From positions 6,301-70,300 of the forward strand of contig JAZQOO010000006.1 of assembly GCA_045627905.1 (NCBI GenBank): 64,000 nt of DNA, in the 5' to 3' direction. Made by a program: the position numbers and the translations under genes. The stretch is from Lachnospiraceae bacterium (GTDB lineage Bacteria > Bacillota > Clostridia > Lachnospirales > Lachnospiraceae). The notes below the pieces were generated by a model that saw nothing but the letters and a program-made list of their open reading frames with translations, was not told where the DNA came from and did no database searches. This document shows positions 38,073-43,772 of the stretch, in pieces (position 1 is the first letter of the stretch; every line of letters starts with the position of its first letter).

Positions 38073-38804
38073 ATGAAATTAAACGAACTATTAATTAATC
38101 AGATGCTAACAGTACAGATTGTATTTGGAGAGCAAAAAATAGAGTTCTATTCTGATGTTGTTGATAAGGAAGGGACAGATGTGTTTATTACTCCATATAT
38201 TCACAATGCTGCTCCGCTAGAGCTGAATATCAATGGTGATAAAGGTGTTGTATGTAATCTTTATACAGATGATTCAATGTCAAATAGACGTATTTCATGG
38301 AAAGGCGTTGAACTTTTAACAGTAAGCAGAAATAATAATACTGTTTACTGCGTTAAAACTCATATGTTTAACAATATTTCAAATGTTGATGAAAGACGCC
38401 AGCATGAAAGAACTTTAGTGCAGGTAGTAGGAAAGGTTACAGACGAAAATCGTGGAGATGAACACAAAATTATCATTCATGATATTAGCGACAATGGAAT
38501 TTCATTTTATGCTAAAGATTCTTTTTCACCTGCATCTCAGAAGCTATTTATTAGTTTTACTGATAAGATTGACAAGAAAGAATTTGATATTCAGTTAGAT
38601 TGTTCTGTTTCAAGGACACAAAAAGAATATGGTCACAATATTATTGGATGCAGAATACTCAGAGAAAATAAAAACTATTTGTTATATGCAATGCTCAAGC
38701 ATCTGAAAGGAAAAATTGTTACTATAGTTAATGAGGGTGATTCATCTGTGACTGATACAAGAGCAGATGATACCGGAGAAACTGATAATAATCAGTCAGA
38801 ATAG
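38073..38804 (+). CDS. PilZ-domain protein (YcgR-like N-domain + PilZ), second copy in the window
   Basis: RxxxR (ERRQHERT) and D-x-S-x-x-G (HDISDNGISF) motifs. Confidence 0.65.
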   Translation: MKLNELLINQMLTVQIVFGEQKIEFYSDVVDKEGTDVFITPYIHNAAPLELNINGDKGVVCNLYTDDSMSNRRISWKGVELLTVSRNNNTVYCVKTHMFNNISNVDERRQHERTLVQVVGKVTDENRGDEHKIIIHDISDNGISFYAKDSFSPASQKLFISFTDKIDKKEFDIQLDCSVSRTQKEYGHNIIGCRILRENKNYLLYAMLKHLKGKIVTIVNEGDSSVTDTRADDTGETDNNQSE

Positions 38805-38847
38805 ATAAAATTATGCTGAAGGTATGTGAACTTAAGAGGAGGAAAGA

Positions 38848-39612
38848 ATGGCTACAATAGTTTTGATTCATGGTGGTTGGAGTGGAAAATGGTGCTATCA
38901 ACATAACGTTGGGGCTATAGAAGCTGCAGGAAATAAAGTTATATGTTTGGATTTGCCTGGTCATGGTGATAATAATAGAGAATTAATTACTAGTGTTAAT
39001 TTAAAGTGTTATGTTGATTACATTGAGAAAGAACTTAGTAAAATAGAGGGCTCAGTAATACTAGTTGCACATTCAATGACAGGGATGGTAATAGCTCAGG
39101 TTGCTGAGGATATGCCAGACAAGGTTGAAAAGCTCGTGTATGCAGCTGCGTTCATGCCAAGTACAGATGGGCAGAGAATGATTGAGTTTATTGAAGGAGA
39201 TATATGGACTGGAGTAGGTAAAAATAGTCTCATAGAGCTACCAGATGGAACTGTCACAATGAATCCGTTGTACGCTAGAAATCTAGGCTTCAGATTTAGT
39301 GATGATGAGAAGTTTATGGAATGTCTTAAGTGTATGCAGAATGAAAATACAACAATGTGGTCGGAACCTGTTCATCTTACAGAAAAATACCACAATGTTC
39401 CAAAATACTACATTCATACGCTTAAGGACAATTGTCTATCGTACTGGATGCAGAGAAAGATGGTTCATGAAGAACCAGTTATTAAGCAATATTATTTAGA
39501 TACTGATCACTGCTGTATGATTAGTATGCCAGAGGAATTTTGCGATGCAATCATTGATGTTGCAAATGACAGATATCTGGCTGATGCTCTTGCATTTTTA
39601 AACAGTAAATAG
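38848..39612 (+). CDS. Alpha/beta-fold hydrolase (esterase-like)
   Basis: IVLIHGG oxyanion region, nucleophile elbow VAHSMTG, and a C-terminal D..H pair (DTDHC). Confidence 0.7.
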   Translation: MATIVLIHGGWSGKWCYQHNVGAIEAAGNKVICLDLPGHGDNNRELITSVNLKCYVDYIEKELSKIEGSVILVAHSMTGMVIAQVAEDMPDKVEKLVYAAAFMPSTDGQRMIEFIEGDIWTGVGKNSLIELPDGTVTMNPLYARNLGFRFSDDEKFMECLKCMQNENTTMWSEPVHLTEKYHNVPKYYIHTLKDNCLSYWMQRKMVHEEPVIKQYYLDTDHCCMISMPEEFCDAIIDVANDRYLADALAFLNSK

Positions 39613-39657
39613 TATCGTGTATTAATTATTTCAAATTTGAAAGCAGTTTGAAATCTT

Positions 39658-39741
39658 GGAGGTAAAGTTTGAAAATAAATTTTCAAACTTGATTGATATT
39701 TCAATTAAACAAGCTGTTGAAATCATAGGAGGCAAGTTATG
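39658..39741 (+). repeat. Second copy of the flhF-flhG junction segment, forming the 5' region, RBS and start of the lipoprotein gene; embedded in an array of TTTCAA/TTGAAA half-sites
   Basis: 39658-39688 is identical to 11004-11034. 39713-39741 matches 11041-11069 at 25/29. Nearby is the 14-nt perfect palindrome tttcaaatttgaaa (about 39630-39643). Confidence 0.85.
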
Positions 39742-41019
39742 AAAAAAGCAAATGAAAAATTAACAAAGAAGGTAGCAGTAGCATTTTTAACAGCAGTTTT
39801 AGCATTAGGAATGCTAACAGGCTGTGGCAAAAAGGAAGAGACTGTTACAGAAGAACAGGAAATTAGTACAGAAAACGTTGAAACAGAAAACACAGGAAAA
39901 CAAGAGGAAACTACTGTAGTAGAGTCAGCGGAGGAAACGGTTACAACGCCATTTTTAGATGACCTTGAAAAGTATGACAGTATTATTTCTACTCTTACAA
40001 CTGAGCAGTATTATGCATTTGCACCTATAGGAGAGGATTATGATGCATTGCTTGTCACAGATGGTGTTTATGATAATGGTGACGGTAATATGGCTGCTAT
40101 TGATGCCAAGGTCTATGGATTTGGTAGTAATGGTGTGATTTATGAGGCAGGTTCTGTGTGGAGTGATGGAACAGCATATCCTCTTGCTGTATATGAAAAT
40201 TCTATTATGTTTGGTGGAAATCATCATATGTCAATGGCTTGTGTAAGAGATGGCTCAGTAATAATAGAAAAAGAGGCTGATGAAGTTTTCGATGAGCAGG
40301 GAAATGCAACGTACAGCTACAATGAAGGCAATATCGACGATATAAGAGAAGTTGAAGATAACAGTATTTTAACAGAGATGTATAAAACATACGAGAAGGC
40401 TATTGTAATCAATTTCTTTAAGGGTGAGGCAGAATTTACACCAGATGAAGAACTCGGTGATTACCCATCAAATAGCTTTGAGGAAAGGGTTGGAAAAACT
40501 TCTTTTGAATCATATGATGAAATAATAGGCTTACTTGAAGGTGACGAAGCTTATGCATTAGTAAATGTTAAGGGCTATGACGGAGAGGTTCTTTTAGTAA
40601 CAAACTATACATACGATGATTTATTAGGTCACATAGCAACAACAGAATGTACACCATATACTGTAAAGTCGAGTGGTGTATGTAGCGCAGATAGCGCTAT
40701 TGTTTCAGGAGGAACTGCAACACCTATTAAAATTGATAAGGATGGAGTGCTTTGTACTGCAACACATGTTTCTGTTGAAAAGAACTGTTATGGTACAAAC
40801 GGCACAGATGATGTTGCAATTATAGTTCTTGCAACAGTATATGCTGATGAGCTTGATGATAATGGAAATCCTAAGACAGTAGGTGGATTTATTAGAACAA
40901 AGAATTCTGTTGTTGATGATGATTCAAAGACGATTGAAAGTAACGATGCTGACACTTATAAGCAGCTATTTGATGATTATAACAATGCAGAGGAAATAAG
41001 CTTTACTAAAGCAAAATAG
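39739..41019 (+). CDS. Hypothetical lipoprotein
   Basis: Lipobox signal (LALGMLTGCGKK) and an acidic linker. No recognised domain. Confidence 0.5.
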   Translation: MKKANEKLTKKVAVAFLTAVLALGMLTGCGKKEETVTEEQEISTENVETENTGKQEETTVVESAEETVTTPFLDDLEKYDSIISTLTTEQYYAFAPIGEDYDALLVTDGVYDNGDGNMAAIDAKVYGFGSNGVIYEAGSVWSDGTAYPLAVYENSIMFGGNHHMSMACVRDGSVIIEKEADEVFDEQGNATYSYNEGNIDDIREVEDNSILTEMYKTYEKAIVINFFKGEAEFTPDEELGDYPSNSFEERVGKTSFESYDEIIGLLEGDEAYALVNVKGYDGEVLLVTNYTYDDLLGHIATTECTPYTVKSSGVCSADSAIVSGGTATPIKIDKDGVLCTATHVSVEKNCYGTNGTDDVAIIVLATVYADELDDNGNPKTVGGFIRTKNSVVDDDSKTIESNDADTYKQLFDDYNNAEEISFTKAK

Positions 41020-41030
41020 TTTAAATACTT

Positions 41031-41570
41031 ATGGCAATACTTATAGATTTATTTCTCACATTTCTTAAGATTGGAGCTTTTACATTCGGCGGTGGCTATG
41101 CGATGATACCACTTATCCAAAGAGAGATTGTGGAGAATAAAAAATGGCTTACGAATAAAGACATATCTGATGTCATTGCGATAGCAGAGACAACACCTGG
41201 ACCGATTGCGATAAATGCTGCAACCTTTGTAGGATATAAGACAAATGGAATTAAAGGAGCAATCGCGTCTACTATAGGTGTTGTGTTGCCATCGTTTGTG
41301 ATTATTGTACTTATATCAGCGGGTTTTTATAAATATATGAGCGTAAAGCTTGTAACAAAAGCCTTTTTTGGTGTGCGTGTAGCTGTTATTGTGCTTATGT
41401 GCAAAGCATTTATTACAATGTTAAAGCAGTGTCCTAGGAATGTTGTTTCATATTGTATAGCAATTTTAGCATTAGTTTTGACTTTTTTATTTCATACAAA
41501 TGTTTTGTTGATTATTGTCGCAGCAATATTTATAGGTATTATTTATAAACAAATAAAAAGGGCGCTATAG
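41031..41570 (+). CDS. Chromate-transporter (CHR) family protein, half-size subunit 1
   Basis: FLKIGAFTFGGGYAMIPL and ETTPGPIAIN motifs, typical of short-chain CHR pairs. Confidence 0.8.
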   Translation: MAILIDLFLTFLKIGAFTFGGGYAMIPLIQREIVENKKWLTNKDISDVIAIAETTPGPIAINAATFVGYKTNGIKGAIASTIGVVLPSFVIIVLISAGFYKYMSVKLVTKAFFGVRVAVIVLMCKAFITMLKQCPRNVVSYCIAILALVLTFLFHTNVLLIIVAAIFIGIIYKQIKRAL

Positions 41571-41571
41571 A

Positions 41572-42111
41572 ATGATATATGTTAAGCTGTTTCTAACATT
41601 TTTTAATATAGGGCTATTTACCTTTGGCGGTGGATATGCAATGATTCCGCTTATTGAACAGGAAGTGTTAAACAATGGATGGATAAGTACAGAGGAGCTT
41701 ATTGATTTTATAGCAATAAGCGAAAGTACGCCAGGGCCACTAGCAGTTAATATATCTACCTTTGTAGGAATGAAGATGGCAGGTATCATGGGGGCTTTTT
41801 GTGCAACATTAGGAGTTATTTTGCCATCATTTATTATTATACTGATTGTTGCAGGTATATTTGAAAGCTTTCAGAAGAGCAGGTTTGTTAAAGGCGCGAT
41901 GATAGGGCTAAAGGGTGTCGTTGTAGGTCTTATAGGTTCATCAATAATGTCTACTGGTCTTGTTGTTTTCGGGAATGCTGTAAAAACATTAGATATTAAA
42001 AAAATGCTATGTATGGCTATTGTATTTGCTGTAGTGTCTATTGGACTTGTAAAAAAGATACATCCAGTTATTCTTATAGCTGTGTCAGCAGTTATAGGGA
42101 TAATACTGTAG
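41572..42111 (+). CDS. Chromate-transporter (CHR) family protein, half-size subunit 2
   Basis: FFNIGLFTFGGGYAMIPL and ESTPGPLAVN motifs. Adjacent paralogue of the previous gene. Confidence 0.8.
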   Translation: MIYVKLFLTFFNIGLFTFGGGYAMIPLIEQEVLNNGWISTEELIDFIAISESTPGPLAVNISTFVGMKMAGIMGAFCATLGVILPSFIIILIVAGIFESFQKSRFVKGAMIGLKGVVVGLIGSSIMSTGLVVFGNAVKTLDIKKMLCMAIVFAVVSIGLVKKIHPVILIAVSAVIGIIL

Positions 42112-42196
42112 TATTAATTAAGTTGATGATTTTAGCGTTGTAGAGGATGAAAGTTGTTGTAAAAAAATGAGATTTGTAGTACTATTTTAGTAGTGT

Positions 42197-42227
42197 TTAG
42201 ATTATAAATAATTAAGTATGTTATAGT
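42197..42227 (+). promoter_or_regulatory. Candidate sigma-A promoter with extended -10 (TGtTATAGT) ahead of the NRPS-like operon
   Basis: TG at 42219-42220, TATAGT at 42222-42227, and a weak -35-like TTAGAT at 42197-42202 with a long spacer. Pattern match only. Confidence 0.25.
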
Positions 42228-42257
42228 GTTTACTCGTTAGAAAAGGAGAAAAGTAAA

Positions 42258-43532
42258 ATGGTTAAAGAAGAAATGAAAGAATTGTTAAAGTTGGCTTGGA
42301 AAGATGTTTTCAAGACAGAAGAAGCAGAGGATGATGCAGACTTTTTTGAAGCAGGCGGAGATTCGATAATGGCAGTACAGCTTTCTGCATGGCTTCTTCA
42401 GAAAGGTGTTAAGCTTGAACTTCAGGATGTATTTGCTACATCAAAGCTTGGAGATATGGTTGAAAAGCTTACAGAAACAACACCATTTTATGTACCAAAT
42501 GCACTTCTTACAAAAGAAATTGCAGCTAATGAAATGCAGGGAATGTTTGGAGGCATGTTTGGAGGTATGATGCCAAATAATGCACCTACTAATGAACAGG
42601 AACAGGCAGATGCTAGTAAGCTTCCAGAACAGCAGGTTTGCAGTACACCATTTACAGGAAATCAGCAGATGGATGGTCAGGCTGCATCACAGCAGGTATG
42701 TACACCAGATAATAGTCAGCAGGCATGTTCATCAATGAACAATCAGGAAATATGCAATCAGCAGATATGCTCATCACAGCAGATGTGTATGCCAATGAGC
42801 AGCCAGCAGGTATGTATGCCACAGCAGATGTGTATGCCAATGGGAAGTCAGCAGGTATGCATGCCACAGCAGATATGTATGCCAATGAATAGTCAGCAGG
42901 TATGTATGCCAATGGGAAGTCAGCAGGTATGTATGCCACAGCAGGTATGCATGCCAATGGGAAACCAGCAGATGTGCATGCCAATGGGAAGTCAGCAGGT
43001 ATGTATGCCAATGAATAATCAGCAGGTATGCATGCCAATGGGAAGTCAGCAGGTATGTATGCCAATGAATAATCAGCAGGTATGCATGCCAATGGGAAAC
43101 CAGCAGATGTGTATGCCAATGGGAAATCAGCAGATGTGTATGCCAATGGGAAATCAACAGATGTGCATGCCAATGGGAGGAAATGGCAATTTTTTTTTAG
43201 ATAAAGATAACGGATTGCCACCACAGTTGCAGAAGTATGTTTCAAAGGAAGTGGACGCTCCTATAGAAAATCCAAATATTATTAAAATAGAAAAGGCAAA
43301 GGTTTCAAAGCCTACAGTTCCAGCACCACAGGCACTTGAAATTGTTATGAATACATTAATGAATTCTTATGATAAGGAAAAGGATTTATTTGAGCAGGGT
43401 CTTACATCTTTAGATACAGTGAAAATGGTAACAAGATGTGGAGAAAACGGTTACAGTCTTTCACTTAAGGATATATACAAGGAACGTACATTTGATGCAA
43501 TTGTTGATTGTATGGTACCTGGAGAAGAATAA
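42258..43532 (+). CDS. Di-carrier protein: PCP/ACP domain, about 21 single-Cys QQxC(MPMxx) repeats, then a second carrier-like domain
   Basis: N-terminal Ppant motif DADFFEAGGDSIMAVQL. Repeat region at aa 125-308. C-terminal carrier-like motif DLFEQGLTSLDTVKMV...LSLKDIY..RTFDAIVD. GGAGAA RBS. Confidence 0.7.
   Translation: MVKEEMKELLKLAWKDVFKTEEAEDDADFFEAGGDSIMAVQLSAWLLQKGVKLELQDVFATSKLGDMVEKLTETTPFYVPNALLTKEIAANEMQGMFGGMFGGMMPNNAPTNEQEQADASKLPEQQVCSTPFTGNQQMDGQAASQQVCTPDNSQQACSSMNNQEICNQQICSSQQMCMPMSSQQVCMPQQMCMPMGSQQVCMPQQICMPMNSQQVCMPMGSQQVCMPQQVCMPMGNQQMCMPMGSQQVCMPMNNQQVCMPMGSQQVCMPMNNQQVCMPMGNQQMCMPMGNQQMCMPMGNQQMCMPMGGNGNFFLDKDNGLPPQLQKYVSKEVDAPIENPNIIKIEKAKVSKPTVPAPQALEIVMNTLMNSYDKEKDLFEQGLTSLDTVKMVTRCGENGYSLSLKDIYKERTFDAIVDCMVPGEE
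42630..43180 (+). repeat. In-frame tandem array of 27-nt and 18-nt units encoding QQ(V/M/I)CMPM(G/N/S)(S/N) and QQxCMP; degenerate at the 5' end and near-identical from about 42774
   Basis: Units such as cagcaggtatgtatgccaatgggaagt recur almost verbatim. About 21 QQxC units, each with exactly one Cys codon. Confidence 0.9.
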
Positions 43533-43544
43533 TAGGTAATTTTC

Positions 43545-43587
43545 ATCTGCCCCCTTCATTTCGAAAGCCGATATGTAGGGGGTAGAT
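43545..43587 (+). terminator. Candidate terminator/attenuator hairpin 13 nt after the di-carrier gene
   Basis: atctgccccct (43545-43555) pairs with agggggtagat (43577-43587): 11 bp including one G-U, with a 21-nt loop. The following TTGTTAT is only moderately U-rich. Confidence 0.4.
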
Positions 43588-43772
43588 TTGTTATACATGA
43601 TAACGCAAATGGTTCGCAGAGCGTGCCATTTCGTTATATAGACCAACGATGAAATCGTTGGTAGCCCGCCGTGCCATAGTATCGCATCGAAGATGTGATA
43701 CATTTGGAGGCATCAGAGAAATGACGTAAGGCATTTCTTCATTATTAACAGACCAACGATGGGAAATATAAT
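43588..43772 (+). promoter_or_regulatory. Structured leader with mutually exclusive pairings around the RBS of the C-domain gene
   Basis: The 11-nt gaccaacgatg occurs at 43641-43651 and 43751-43761. atcgttggt (43654-43662) is complementary to both. Further hairpins: aaatgg/ccattt (43607-43630) and agaaatg/catttct (43716-43737). Confidence 0.4.

Noticed and set aside
39667-39688. CodY-box-like sequence (AATTTTCAAAC...) within the duplicated hairpin.
   Set aside because: Only about 9-10 of 15 positions match AATTTTCWGAAAATT, and the palindrome arms are in the opposite orientation. This is not convincing in AT-rich DNA.
42774-43180. Regular 27-nt repeats that might be taken for a CRISPR array.
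   Set aside because: The units are directly tandem with no unique spacers. They lie in frame inside a CDS with periodic codon structure, and no cas genes are present.
42652-43245. Long minus-strand ORFs (197 aa and 127 aa; HWHTYLL and FPLAY repeat peptides) across the Cys-repeat region.
   Set aside because: They are mirror images of the plus-strand tandem repeat, which stays open in several frames by construction. The plus-strand frame continues into recognisable carrier domains on both sides and has an RBS.
43567-43574. Exact match to the sigma-28 (SigD) -10 consensus GCCGATAT just upstream of the NRPS genes, which hinted at a flagellar-regulon link.
   Set aside because: There is no TAAA -35 element at the required spacing of about 15 nt. 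The 8-mer lies in the loop of the 43545-43587 hairpin, and a single 8-nt match is expected by chance in a 64-kb window read on two strands.
43533-43772. Possible T-box or known riboswitch in the structured leader, and a two-codon mini-ORF (ATG ACG TAA at 43720) behind a GGAGG.
   Set aside because: I could not find the T-box consensus or any riboswitch core I recognise. The mini-ORF is too short to evaluate. The region is kept only as a generic structured leader.
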